Below, in pieces: positions 24,611 through 37,184 of a stretch of 64,000 bases of DNA (position 1 is the first letter of the stretch; every line of letters starts with the position of its first letter). The translations under genes were made by a program, and so were the position numbers. The notes beneath the pieces are model-generated. The model made no database searches. It saw only the letters and a program-made list of their open reading frames with translations, and had not been told where the DNA came from. This DNA is from Pristiophorus japonicus. Taxonomy: Eukaryota. Location of the stretch: NCBI RefSeq assembly GCF_044704955.1, contig NC_092003.1:7812001-7876000 (forward strand), given 5' to 3'.

Positions 24611-26647
24611 TACATCCCTGTCTGGCGTAAAAATATTACAGGAAAGGTGGCTCAACCGTGGCTAACAAGGGAAATTAGGGATAGTGTTAAATCCAAGGAA
24701 GAGGCATATAAATTGGCCAGAAAAAAGCAGCAAACCTGAGGACTGGGAGAAATTTAGAATTCAGCAGAGGAGGACAAAGGGTTTAATTAGGAGGGGGAAA
24801 TAGAGTATGAGAGGAAGCTTGCCGGGAACATAAAAACTGACTGCAAAAGCTTCTATAGATATGTGAAGAGAAAAAGATAATGAAGACAAACGTAGGTCCC
24901 TTGCAGTCAGAATCAGGCGAATTTATAATGGGGAACAAAGAAACGGCGGACCAGTTAAACAAATACTTTGGTTCTGTCTTCACTAAGTAAGACACAAATA
25001 ACCTTCCGGAAATACTAGGGAACCGAGGGTCTAGTGAGAAGGAGGAACTGAAGGAAATCCTTATTAATCAGCAAACTGTGTTCGGGAAATTGATGGGATT
25101 GAAGGCTGATAAATCCCCAGGGCCTGATAGTCTGCATCCCAGAGTACTTAAGGAAGTGGCCCTAGAAATAGTGGATGCATTGGTGGTCATTTTCCAACAT
25201 ACTATAGACTCTGGATCAGTTCCTATGGACTGGAGGGTAGCTAATGTAACTCCACTTTAAAAAAAAATGAGGGAGAGAGAAAACAGGGAATTATAGACCG
25301 GTTAGCCTGACATCGGTGGTGGGGAAAATGTTGGAATCAATTATTAAAGATGTAATAGCAGCGCATTTGGAAAGCAGTGACAGGATCGGTCCAAGTCAGC
25401 ATGGAGTTATGAAAGGGAAATCATGCTTGACAAATCTTATTGAATTTTTGAGGATGTAACAAGTAGAGTGGACAAGGGAGAACCAGTGGATGTGGTGTAT
25501 TTAGATTTTCAAAAGGCTTTTGACAAGGTCCCACACAAGAGATTAGTGTGCAAAATTAAAGCACATGGTATTGGGGGTAATGTACTGATGTGGATAGAGA
25601 ACTGGTTGGCAGACAGGAAGCAAAAAGTAGGAATAAACGGGTCCTTTTCAGAATGGCAGGCAGTGACTAGTGGGGTGCCACAGGGTTCAGTGCTGGGACC
25701 CCAGCTATTTACAATATACATTAATGATTTGGATGAAGGAATTGATTGTAATGTCTCCAAGTTTGCAGATGACACTAAGCTGGGTGGCGGTGTGAGCTGT
25801 GAGGGGGATGCTAAGAGGCTGCAGGGTGACTTGGACAGGTTAGGTGAGTGGGCAAATACATGGCAGATGAAGGATAAATGTGAGGTTATCCACTTTGGTG
25901 GTAAAAACAGGAAGGCAGATTATCTGAATGGTGACAGATTAGTAAAAGGGGAGGTGCAACGAGACCTGGGTGTCATGGTACATCAGTCACTGAAAGTTGG
26001 CATGCAGGTACAGCAGGCGGTGAAGAAGGCAAATGGCATGTTGGCCTTCATAGCTAGGAGATTTGAGTATAGGAGGAGGGAGGTCTTACTACAGCTGTAC
26101 TACAGTGAGGTCACACCTTGAATATTGTGTACAGTTTTGTTCTCCTAATCTGAAGAAGGATGCTCTTGCTATTGAGGGGGTGCAGCGAAGGTTCACCAGA
26201 CTGATTCCCGGGATGGCAGGACTGACATATGAAGAACGACTGGATCGACTGGGCTTATATTCTCTGGAATTTATAAGAATGAGAGGGGATCTCATAGAAA
26301 CATATAAAATTCTGATGGGATTGGACAGGTTAGATGCAGGAAGAATGTTCCCGATGTTGGGGAAGTCCAGAACCAGGGGTCACAGTCTAAGGATAAGAGG
26401 TAAGCCATTTAGGACCGAGATGAGGAGATACTTCTTCACCCAGAGAGTGGTGAACCTGTGGAATTCTCTACCACAGAAAGTTGTTGAGGCCAGTTCGTTA
26501 GATATATTCAAAGGGGAGTTAGATGTGGCCCTTACGGCTAAAGGGATCAATGGGTACGGAGAGAAAGCAGGAATGGGGTACTGAAGTTGCATGATCAGCC
26601 ATGATCATATTGAATGGTGGTGCAGGCTCGAAGGGCCTGTTTCTATG
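24611..26647 (+). mobile_element. 5'-truncated CR1 (~2 kb) with disrupted RT domain
   Basis: [37 protein letters not shown] and KFADDTK, with stops and frameshifts. Confidence 0.95.
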
Positions 26648-26763
26648 TATGTGTTGACTTTACTCTGTATCTAACCCCCTGTACCTGCCCTGGGAGTGTT
26701 TGATGGGACAGTGTAGAGGGAGCTTTACTCTGTATCTAACCCCGTGCTGTACTTGTGCTGTAG

Positions 26764-26930
26764 ATTACCACCGTCACCTGGGCAAGCAGCACAACCTGAC
26801 CCAGCAGATGAGGAATCGAATACAAGACCTGCGGCTGATGATTGATCGGAAGGGCATCCTCGACGAGGAGGCCAAAGGTCGCTGTCACCGCATCGTCGAG
26901 TTCTTCCGCCAATTCCTGGGAGCCACTTAG
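26764..26930 (+). CDS. Putative terminal coding exon of an unidentified gene antisense within FIBP intron 5
   Basis: Unique sequence with 54 codons at ~76% GC3 and vertebrate-type codon usage. TAG acceptor with CTAAC ~25 nt upstream, ends at a TAG stop. Family not recognised. Confidence 0.55.
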
Positions 26931-26934
26931 ACCC

Positions 26935-27425
26935 CGTCCCCTCCCCTCCCCCCCCCACCCCCAGACCCCCCCCACTCCCAGACCCCCCCCACCCCCAGAC
27001 CCCTCCTCCACTCCCAGACCCCCCCTCCACTCCCAGACCCCCCCCCACCCCTCCCCCTCCCCCAGGCCCCCCCTCCACTCCCAGACCCTCCCCACCCCCA
27101 GACCCCCCCCACCCCCAGACCCCTCCTCCACTCCCAGACCCCCCCCACCCCCAGACCCCTCCTCCACTCCCAGACCCCCCCTCCACTCCCAGACCCCCCC
27201 TCCACTCCCAGACCCCCCCTCCACTCCCAGACCCCCCCTCCACTCCCAGACCCCCCCCCACCCCCAGACCTCCCCCTTCCCCAGACCCCCCCTCCACTCC
27301 CAGACCTCCCCCTCCCCCAGACCCCCCCTCCACTCCCAGACCCCCCCCACCCCCAGACCCCCCCCTCCCCCAGACCTCCCCCCCCCCCAAAACTCCCCCT
27401 CCCCCAGACCTCCCCCTCCCCCAGA
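26935..27425. repeat. C-rich minisatellite (CCCAGACCCCCCCTCCACT-like), G4-prone on the minus strand
   Basis: Directly visible. Confidence 0.85.
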
Positions 27426-27779
27426 CTGAGTCCCGCTCACCCATCGCCCCCTGTGCTCGCCTCTCTCTCATTTAAGACGCTCCTTAAAACCTACCGAGAT
27501 TCTCTAGAAATTAGGTGATCTCATTGAAACAGACACAATTCTTACAGGGCTTGACAGGGTAGATGCAGGGAGGGTGTTTTCCCCCCCCCGGGCTGGGGAG
27601 TCTAGAACCAGGGGTCACACAGTCTCAGGATAAGGGGTCGGCCATTTAGGACTGAGATGAGGAGGAATTTCTTCACTCAGAGGGGGGGTGAATCTTTCGC
27701 ATTCTCTGCCCCAGAGGGCCGTGGAGGGTTATTAGGCATACAACCCAACTGTTAAAATCCTGTGGAGTTTAAAAAATAT

Positions 27780-28100
27780 ATATATTTGTTCCTGGGATGT
27801 GGGCGTCGCTGGCAGGGCCCAGCATTTATCGCCCGTCCCTAATCGCCCCTCGAGGAGGTGGTGGTGAGCCGCCTTCTTGAACCGCTGCAGTCCGTGTGGT
27901 GAAGGTGCTCCCACACAGTGCTGTTAGGGAGGGAGTTCCAGGATTGTGACCCAGCGACGATGGAGGAACGGCCGATATATTCCCAAGTCGGGATGGTGTG
28001 TGTGTGTGACTGGGAGGGGAACGTGGAGGTGGTGGTGTTCCCATGCGCCTGCTGCCCTTGTCCTTCTAGGCGGGTAGAGGTCGCGGGTTTGGGAAGTGCC
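27780..28100 (-). mobile_element. 3' end of a LINE (WNSLP..PHGLQRFKKAAHHHLL)
   Basis: LINE ORF2 C-terminal motif. Its tail resembles that of the SINE at 38470. Confidence 0.6.
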
Positions 28101-28557
28101 TTCGAATCAGTGGCCTGTGATAGCTTAAAAGGTTTCAGGTGTGTTACGCGAAACCTGCATGGAACCTGGGTCAGACCGCACTTGGAGCACTGCGCACAGT
28201 TCTGGTCGCCGTATTATAGAAAGGGTATCGAGGCACTGGAGAGGGCGCAGAGAAGATTTACAAGGACGATACCAGAAATGCGAGGGGATACCTATCGGGG
28301 AAAGGATGAACAGGCTCTTGAAAGAAGGCAGCTGAGGGGGTGGCCTAATAGAGGTCTTTAAAATGATGAAAGGTTTTGATAGAGTGGATACAAAAAGAGT
28401 GCTTCCACTTGTGGGGAAGGGCATAACTAGGGGCCATCGCTATAAGATAGTCACCCAGAAATCCAATGGGGAATTCAGAAGAAACTTCTTTACCCAGAGA
28501 GGGGTGAGAATGTGGGATTTGAGGTGGACGATCGGCCATGATCTCATTGAATAGCGG

Positions 28558-29005
28558 AACCGCATTGTCCGCATGCCCCCGACACGAGACTCCCAAAGCA
28601 AGCGCTCTACTCGGAACTCCTTCACGGCAAACAAGCCAGAGGCGGGCAGAGGAAACGTTACAAGGGACCACCCTCAAAGCCTCCCTGATAAAGTGCAACA
28701 TTCCCCACCGACACCTGGGAGTCCCTGGCCAAAGACCAGTCCGCCCTGAGTGGAGGAAGTGCATCCGGGAGGGCGCTGGGCACCTCGAGTCTCGTCGCCG
28801 AGAGCGTGCAGAGACCAAGCGCAGGCAGCGGAAGGAGCGTGCGGCAAACCAGTCCCCACCCTCCCCTTCCCTCAACCACTGTCTGTCCCCCCTGTGACAG
28901 GGACTGTGGCTCCCGTATTGGACTGTTCAGCTACCTAAGGACTCACTTTTAGAGTGGAAGCAAGTCTTCCTCGATTCCGAGGGACTGCCTGTGATGATGA
29001 TGGTG
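28558..29005 (+). mobile_element. RTE 3' fragment
   Basis: RMPDTRLPKQALYSEL-like peptide and a (GAT)n tail. Confidence 0.8.
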
Positions 29006-29108
29006 ATGATGAATGGCAGAGCAGGCTCGAGGGGCCAAATGGCCTACTCCTGCTCTTAATTCTTATGTTAACACACTACCGCATGAGTGGATACTGAGAA
29101 AATGTTTC

Positions 29109-29311
29109 TGTTACACTCATAATAAACGGCCAGACTGAGTACAGTGTGCAATGAGCAAGTGTGACCTTAGCTGCTTTATTAAGATTCCAGCGTGCAGGTA
29201 CCTCGTGGATGGCCTGCTTATATACTGTGCTCCCAAGGGATGCTGGGATCCCTTGGGAGGCCCTCTGGTGGTCAGGTGTGATGCCGGTTACACGGGGTTA
29301 AATACCCAACA
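29109..29311 (-). mobile_element. Solo LTR related to the Gypsy LTR at 44252, inserted in a CR1 fragment
   Basis: TGTT...AACA ends. Shared blocks GTGTGACC, CTTATATAC, GTGCTCCCAAGGGAT..TGGGATCCC and GCCCTCTGGTGG. Confidence 0.65.
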
Positions 29312-29865
29312 GTGGCCCCTTGTGGGGAAGGGCATAACTGGAGGCCATCAATCTGAGACAGTCACCCAGAAACCCAAGGGGGGAATTCAGGAGAAACTTC
29401 TTCACCCAGGGAGGGGTGAGAATGTGGAGCTCGCTGCCACAGGGAGGGCTCGAGGCTCTCCACTGTTGGTGGGTGGCGAGCTTTGCTGGGAAACGGCCGC
29501 CTTGCCTTTACGTGCCGCAACGCTGCCTCCTGGTGGCGGAGTGCAGTCGCACGGCACATTTAAGGGGAGGCTGGACAAACACATGAGGGAGAAGGGGACG
29601 GAGGGCAACGCTGACAGATTTAGGCGAGGAAAGACGAGAGGAGGCTCGAGTGGAGCATAAACGCCGGCACGGGCTGGTTGGGGCCCAATGGCCTGTTTCT
29701 GTGCCGTGTGTAATCCGACATACGCCCCAAGGGTTTGCCCATCTCCACGCTGCATTCGCGGACAGATCCCAACAGGCTGCACCCAGAATCTGACAGCGGG
29801 CAGCTCCCCGCTGACCATACCCCCACTCCCCCGGGCCGCAGACACCCCGCCCCCCCCTCGCTTAC

Positions 29866-29999
29866 CCACAGCTCCCAGCGTCCAGTTCTGAATCAGCTGT
29901 TCCGCACAGCAGGCAAAGTCCTCGAAGGTCAGGTATTGCAGCTTCTTCTTGCCGGTCTCGAACCGACTGTTGGCGAAGAACACCACGGCTGCGTAATCA
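29866..29999 (-). CDS. FIBP: FIBP coding exon 5 (134 nt)
   Basis: [44 protein letters not shown]. Boundaries ctgcag| and |gtaagc. Confidence 0.97.
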
Positions 30000-30089
30000 C
30001 TGCAGGGGGGGGGGGGGCGGGCACCGGCAGAGAGAGGGCACAAGAGAGAATTATACTGCCCGCCGGCACCTTACCAACCCCTCCCACCC

Positions 30090-30688
30090 CCCGCTGCTCC
30101 TCGTCCAATAGTGGCCGTGGGATTTCGCTCCCTCAGTACTGCCCCTCCGACAGTGCGGCGCTCCCTCAGTACTGCCCCTCCGACAGCGCGGTGCTCCCTC
30201 AGTACTGCCCCTCCGACAGCGTGGCACTCCCTCAGTACTGCCCCTCCGACAGTGCGGCGCTCCCTCAGTACTACCCCTCCGACAGTGCGGTGCTCCCTCA
30301 GTACTGCCCCTCCGACAGTGCGGCGCTCCCTCAGTACCGCCCCTCCGACAGTGCGGTGCTCCCTCAGTACTGCCCCTCCGACAGTGCGGTGCTCCCTCAG
30401 TACTGCCCCTCCGACAGTGCGGGGCTCCCTCAGTACTGCCCCTCCGACAGCGCAGTGCGGCGCTCCCTCAGTACCGCCCCTCCGACAGTGCGGTGCTCCC
30501 TCAGTACTGCCCCTCCGACAGTGCGGTGCTCCCTCAGTACTGCCCCTCCGACAGTGCGGTGCTCCCTCAGTACTACCCCTCCGACAGTGCGGCGCTCCCT
30601 CAGTACCGCCCCATGTGGTGCTCCCTCAGTACCGCCCCTCCGACAGTGCGGTGCTCCCTCAGTACTGCCCCGACAGTGCGGCGCTCCC
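30090..30688 (-). repeat. DeuSINE fragment with ~17 x 33 bp units
   Basis: Same 33 bp unit. Confidence 0.85.
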
Positions 30689-31119
30689 ACGGGGGAGGGG
30701 ATTTTTGGGCAGTTTCGGCGGAGCGACATTGCCACATCTGGCAAGGGACGGCTGGAGCAGCTGCACGCCAGAGCTGCCCTCCGACTCGAGGGAGCAAAGG
30801 TGGGACGAGGGTGACTAATCGCGCTGACAAGTAATGACCATGCTTTTATAGGCACCACATTGCCAATGGTGCGGAAACACAGTCCTGCTCTCCACTGTTG
30901 GTGGGTGGCGAGCTTTGCTGGGAAACGGCCGTCTGGCTTTACGTGATGTAACGCTGCCTCCTGGTGGCGGAGTGCAGTCGCACAACACACACTGCAACAA
31001 AGCACTGTGCCACTGGAGGTGGGCCACTCGGGCACCGTCATAACTGGACCGCGCTCAGTCCCCCGGCACGAACCGGTCTCCTTACACACGGCCTAGAAAA
31101 TGATTTCAATTATGAGGGT

Positions 31120-31640
31120 CGGGATGGAAGGGAGGGTGAGAGAGAGGGGGTGAGGGTGAGAGAGAGGGGGTGAGGGTGAGAGAGAGGGGGTGAGGGTGAG
31201 AGAGCGAGGGAGGTAGAGAGGTGAGGGAGCGAGGGAGGTAGAGAGGTGAGGGAGCGAGGGAGAGCGGGGAGGGAAGGAAGGAGAGAGCAGGAGGGGTGGG
31301 ATTGAGGGGAGGGACGGGGAGGGGGATTGAGGTGAGGGGACGGGGAGGGGGATTGAGGGGAGCAGATGGGGGGGATTGAGGGGAGGAGACGGGGGGGGGA
31401 TTGAGGGGAGGAGACGGGGAGGGGGATTGAGGGGAGCAGACGGGGGGGGATTGAGGGGAGCAGACGGGGGGTGATTGAGGGGAGCAGACGGGGGGGGATT
31501 GAGGGGAGCAGACGGGGGGGGATTGAGGTGAGGGGACGGGGAGGGGGATTGAGGGGAGGAGACGGGGGGGGGGATTGAGGGGAGGGGAGGGAGGATTGAG
31601 GGGAGGGTATAGGGGGGGTTGAGGGGAGGATTGAGGGGGA
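31120..31640. repeat. Purine-rich minisatellites (GGGGATTGAGGGGAG...) in FIBP intron 4
   Basis: Directly visible. Confidence 0.8.
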
Positions 31641-31651
31641 AGGGTATTTAC

Positions 31652-31752
31652 CCAGCCAGCCGGTCAGAAAGCAGGAAGTTCTGTTGAATGTTCTCCACCA
31701 GAGGTCCCTTCATCTCCTCGACCACCTTAAACACTCGCTTGAAGTTGTCAAA
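31652..31752 (-). CDS. FIBP: FIBP coding exon 4 (101 nt)
   Basis: [33 protein letters not shown]. Boundaries ctccag| and |gtaaat. Confidence 0.96.
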
Positions 31753-31865
31753 CTGGAGAGAGATTCACAGATGGGCAGCGTTAGACGGCCGGGGTCCTAA
31801 AGCAGGCTTCAACAGGCTGCGGATCTGCCCTGCCCCACCCACAGCTCCTCCCTACCCACGGAGAG

Positions 31866-32203
31866 TGGGGGGAGACATCGGTCGGTGTGATGAGCGCTGA
31901 CCGTAGCAATGGCCCACGCCCGTCAGTTAGAGGGGAGCGGGGGGGCGTGGGAGGGGCGTAGGGGCCGCTGCGAACTCTGTAGCCATATTAGTGGCAGCCA
32001 CTGGGAGAGTTTCGGCCAGGCCAGTGGCCCGGTACCCAAGAGGGGGTGCCAGGCTGCCCCACCAAACCCGGGGAGGCGGGGGGCACGTAACTGTCGGGCT
32101 CACCTTGGAGTCGGGCCGACAATTAAAATACAATGGCGACCACGGCAGGGCGCACTCCCCTTTGCGGACGAACACGAACCACACACACACAGCGTCCCGC
32201 CCA

Positions 32204-32238
<35 letters not shown>

Positions 32239-32329
32239 CGCCCCGCCCAGACACACACACACACACACACACAGCGCCCCGCCCAGACACACACAGCGCC
32301 CCGCCCAGACACACACAGCGCCCCGCCCA

Positions 32330-32364
<35 letters not shown>

Positions 32365-34140
32365 CGCCCCGCCCAGACNNNNNNNNNNNNNNNNNNNNNN
32401 NNNNNNNNNNNNNNNNNNNNNNNNNNNNNNNNNNNNNNNNNNNNNNNNNNNNNNNNNNNNNNNNNNNNNNNNNNNNNNNNNNNNNNNNNNNNNNNNNNNN
32501 NNNNNNNNNNNNNNNNNNNNNNNNNNNNNNNNNNNNNNNNNNNNNNNNNNNNNNNNNNNNNNNNNNNNNNNNNNNNNNNNNNNNNNNNNNNNNNNNNNNN
32601 NNNNNNNNNNNNNNNNNNNNNNNNNNNNNNNNNNNNNNNNNNNNNNNNNNNNNNNNNNNNNNNNNNNNNNNNNNNNNNNNNNNNNNNNNNNNNNNNNNNN
32701 NNNNNNNNNNNNNNNNNNNNNNNNNNNNNNNNNNNNNNNNNNNNNNNNNNNNNNNNNNNNNNNNNNNNNNNNNNNNNNNNNNNNNNNNNNNNNNNCACAN
32801 NNNNNNNNNNNNNNNNNNNNNNNNNNNNNNNNNNNNNNNNNNNNNNNNNNNNNNNNNNNNNNNNNNNNNNNNNNNNNNNNNNNNNNNNNNNNNNNNNNNN
32901 NNNNNNNNNNNNNNNNNNNNNNNNNNNNNNNNNNNNNNNNNCACNNNNNNNNNNNNNNNNNNNNNNNNNNNNNNNNNNNNNNNNNNNNNNNNNNNNNNNN
33001 NNNNNNNNNNNNNNNNNNNNNNNNNNNNNNNNNNNNNNNNNNNNNNNNNNNNNNNNNNNNNNNNNNNNNNNNNNNNNNNNNNNNNNNNNNNNNNNNNNNN
33101 NNNNNNNNNNNNACACACAGCGCCCCGCCCAGACACACACACACACACACACACACACAGCGTCCCACCCAGACACNNNNNNNNNNNNNNNNNNNNNNNN
33201 NNNNNNNNNNNNNNNNNNNNNNNNNNNNNNNNNNNNNNNNNNNNNNNNNNNNNNNNNNNNNNNNNNNNNNNNNNNNNNNNNNNNNNNNNNNNNNNNNNNN
33301 NNNNNNNNNNNNNNNNNNNNNNNNNNNNNNNNNNNNNNNNNNNNNNNNNNNNNNNNNNNNNNNNNNNNNNNNNNNNNNNNNNNNNNNNNNNNNNNNNNNN
33401 NNNNNNNNNNNNNNNNNNNNNNNNNNNNNNNNNNNNNNNNNNNNNNNNNNNNNNNNNNNNNNNNNNNNNNNNNNNNNNNNNNNNNNNNNNNCACANNNNN
33501 NNNNNNNNNNNNNNNNNNNNNNNNNNNNNNNNNNNNNNNNNNNNNNNNNNNNNNNNNNNNNNNNNNNNNNNNNNNNNNNNNNNNNNNNNNNNNNNNNNNN
33601 NNNNNNNNNNNNNNNNNNNNNNNNNNNNNNNNNNNNNNNNNNNNNNNNNNNNNNNNNNNNNNNNNNNNNNNNNNNNNNNNNNNNNNNNNNNNNNNNNNNN
33701 NNNNNNNNNNNNNNNNNNNNNNNNNNNNNNNNNGACACAAACACACACACAGCGTCCTGCCCAGACACACACACACACACACACACACAGCGCCCCGCCC
33801 AGACAGACACNNNNNNNNNNNNNNNNNNNNNNNNNNNNNNNNNNNNNNNNNNNNNNNNNNNNNNNNNNNNNNNNNNNNNNNNNNNNNNNNNNNNNNNNNN
33901 NNNNNNNNNNNNNNNNNNNNNNNNNNNNNNNNNNNNNNNNNNNNNNNNNNNNNNNNNNNNNNNNNNNNNNNNNNNNNNNNNNNNNNNNNNNNNNNNNGAC
34001 ACACACACAAAGGGGGGTCGACAAATGAGGGCAATGCCGCGATGGTCAGCGATCCTGCGCCCCACCGAGCGGCAAGTGCTTCCCCCACCATCGCCGCCTC
34101 GGTTAACGGCTCACCGCACAGGGGGAAATTTCGGCCCCCC
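31866..34140. mobile_element. MITE-like element containing a (CA)n/GCGCCCCGCCCAGA array, largely N-masked; related fragment at 35645-35950
   Basis: Internal blocks and the AATTTCGGCCCC end are shared with 35645-35950. Confidence 0.5.
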
Positions 34141-34793
34141 TTCAGAACTCTGCACAATTTGTGCCAAGTACAAAATGACGCCAATTTAAAAAAAAAAAGG
34201 GTTATAAACAGCCTTGTCTTTCTCTTCGGGGGATCGCTGTCGGTGTTTCTCAGCACTGGGGCAGGAGTGACGTGCACATTCCGTTGCCGAGGTTACGACT
34301 GCACCATAGCTGACCCATATTCCCAGTAACTTTGTCTCCCGTCTCCCGCTGATCACGTCGAGGTGAGTGCGTCCGACTGGAACTGGCTGGCTGAAGGTGA
34401 AGTCATTCACCTTGTTGCTCGCACGTGGATCCCGGAGACGATTGGTCGGTGACAACTGGGTCAGGTTACCGGACTTGCCAATTGGTGTCAGCCGTGGCTT
34501 AGGGGGGGCAGCCAGCTCACACACACTGTGTGCGATATGTGCGCGCACTGGGCCCGTGCGGCAGAGCTGGTCTCCAGTCGTCCTGGTTAACCCTTGCCCC
34601 TGGACCAAGACCTCGCTCTGTCAAGCCCCGTGTGGTGGCTGGTGTGCAACGGTCACCCCACGTTAAAACAATCCACCCACAGGCATCTTCCACCCTTCAG
34701 GTAGTTCGGGTCTTTCATTGAAACACCTGGGAACTCGTCCTTTATTGATGTGGAAGCAAGTCATCCTCGATACGAGGGGCCGCCTAAGAGAGA

Positions 34794-35403
34794 GTGGGCA
34801 GCACTCTCACCTCGGAGTCAGAAGGTTGTGGGTTCAAGTCCCACTCCAGAGACTTGAGCACAAAAAATCCAGGCCGACACTCGCAGTGCAGTACTGAGGG
34901 AGCGCCGCACTGTCGGAGGGGCAGTACTGAGGGAGTGCCGCACAGTTGGAGGGGCGGTGCTGAGGGAGCGCCGCACTGTCGGAGGGGCGGTACTGAGGGA
35001 GCGCCGCACTGTCGGAGGGGCGGTGCTGAGGGAGCGCCGCACTGTCGGAGGGGCGGTGCTGAGGGAGCGCCGCACTGTCGGAGGGGCGGTGCTGAGGGAG
35101 CGCCGCACTGTCGGAGGGGCGGTGCTGAGGGAGCGCCGCACTGTCGGAGGGGCGGTGCTGAGGGAGCGCCGCACTGTCGGAGGGGCGGTGCTGAGGGAGC
35201 GCCGCACTGTCGGAGGGGCGGTTCTGAGGGAGCGCCGCACTGTCGGAGGGGCGGTACTGAGGGAGCCCCGCACTGTCGGAGGGGCGGTGCTGAGGGAGCG
35301 CCGCACTGTCGGAGGGACGGTACTGAGGGAGCCCCGCACTGTCGGAGGGGCGGTACTGAGGGAGCCCCGCACTGTCGGAGGGGCGGTACTGAGGGAGTGC
35401 CGC
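34794..35403 (+). mobile_element. DeuSINE head plus ~15 x 33 bp units, 3'-truncated
   Basis: tRNA-like head with B box GTTCAAGTC. Confidence 0.8.
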
Positions 35404-35950
35404 AATGTGTTTATCCAACCTCCCCTTAAATGCATTGATACTATTCGCCTCAACCCCTCCTTGTGGCAGCGAGTTCCACATTCTCACCACCCTCTGGGTA
35501 AAGAAGTTTCTCCTGAATTCCCCATTGGATTTATTGGTGACTATCTTATATTGATGGCCACGAGTTCTGGTCTGCCCTACAAGTAGAAACACTTTCTCTA
35601 CATCTACCCTATTGAACACCTTCATAATCTTGAAGAACTCTTAGTGGGGCTCACTGGGCCACCAGGGAGGGTTTCGGCCGGGCCAGAGGCCTGATAGGCA
35701 AGAGGGACACAAGGACCCGGGGACATAACTGTTGGGCTGACTTCGCAGTCGGCCAACTATTAAAATAAAATGGCGGCCGCAGCAGTGCACCCTCCCCTTT
35801 AAGGGAGAAGGCGTCGCCCAGCCAGGGGAAGGTTGTCAGTAGCACCGACCGTCGGCCAATCCACTCCCACGGGGCAATTTCCCTCGCGGGGCGGAAAGGG
35901 GTCTTTGAGGCAGTAACAGGCTCTGAAAAAAAAAGGGTCAATTTCGGCCC

Positions 35951-36757
35951 CCAGAATGGTGCACAGTGCTCCAAGTGTGGTCTAGCCAAGGATTATGGAG
36001 ACCAGAACTGTGCACGGTGCTCCAAGTGTGGTCTAACCCAGGTATACAGAGACCAGAACTGTGCACGGTGCTCCAAGTGTGGTCTAACCAAGGTATACAG
36101 AGACCAGAACTGTGCACGGTGCTCCAAGTGTGGTCTAACCAAGGTATACAGAGACCAGAACTGTGCACGGTGCTCCAAGTGTGGTCTAACCAAGGTATAC
36201 AGAGACCAGAACTGTGCACGGTGCTCCAAGTGTGGTCTAGCCAAGGATTATGGAGACCAGAACTGTGCACAGTGCTCCAAGTGTGGTCTAGCCAAGGATT
36301 ATGGAGACCAGAACTGTGCACGGTGCTCCAAGTGTGGTCTAACCAAGGTATACAGAGACCAGAACTGTGCACGGTGCTCCAAGTGTGGTCTAACCAAGGT
36401 ATACAGAGACCAGAACTGTGCACGGTGCTCCAAGTGTGGTCTAACCAAGGTATACAGAGACCAGAACTGTGCACGGTGCTCCAAGTGTGGTCTAACCAAG
36501 GATTATGGAGACCAGAACTGTGCACGGTGCTCCAAGTGTGGTCTAACCAAGGTATATGGAGACCAGAACTGTGCACGGTGCTCCAAGTGTGGTCTAACCA
36601 AGGTATATGGAGACCAGAACTGTGCACGGTGCTCCAAGTGTGGTCTAACCCAGGTATATGGAGACCAGAACTGTGCACGGTGCTCCAAGTGTGGTCTAAC
36701 CAAGGTATATGGAGACCAGAACTGTGCACGGTGCTCCAAGTGTGGTCTAACCAAGGC
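35951..36757 (-). repeat. 51 bp tandem repeat (~16 units) derived from CR1 ORF2
   Basis: The unit translates as [16 protein letters not shown](P/L). Confidence 0.9.
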
Positions 36758-37004
36758 TCAACATAGAAAAATCCTTACTCTTCTTCAAATAGTGGCTCGG
36801 GATCTTTAGCATCACCTAAACATTCAGGCAAGAGAGAAACCAACGGCACCCAGAGGAGAATTTAATTTTGCGTTTGCAGGACGGAATTAAATCTTCCAAC
36901 GTTAAAAATAGGCCTTTCTTTCGAGTGTTCCTCACAAATCATTGCAAATTGTCAATGATTTAGACGCAGCCCTGGTCCGGTTCGTGAGCGAGCCTGGTCC
37001 CTAC

Positions 37005-37131
37005 CTGCCTGCGGCAGCTCTTCAGCGTGATGGCTGTCTTAGTGCTGACATCATCGAGGTCTTTCTTGGTGCCTTTCGACAGCTTCTTCCCCAGAACCTC
37101 CCGCACAAACGGCTCTTCAAAGGTGTAATAT
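37005..37131 (-). CDS. FIBP: FIBP coding exon 3 (127 nt)
   Basis: [42 protein letters not shown], with AG/GT boundaries in the correct phase. Confidence 0.97.
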
Positions 37132-37184
37132 CTGCCGGAGGGAAAGCCCTTATCATCATCTCTCCGCCCTGATAATTTTATACT

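Noticed and set aside
31909-34329. 600-800 aa ORFs
   Set aside because: Artefacts of N runs and (CA)n repeats. The same applies to ORFs spanning the gaps at 3533-4004, 11922-12310, 48946-49503 and 58873-59344.
34254-34362. Plus-strand exon with a strong GTGAGT donor
   Set aside because: It has stops in all three frames. Without transcript data it cannot be separated from chance splice motifs.
36942-37172. Plus-strand ORFs overlapping FIBP exons (also near 22708, 24225 and 38969)
   Set aside because: They are in-register antisense shadows of coding exons, with no independent support.
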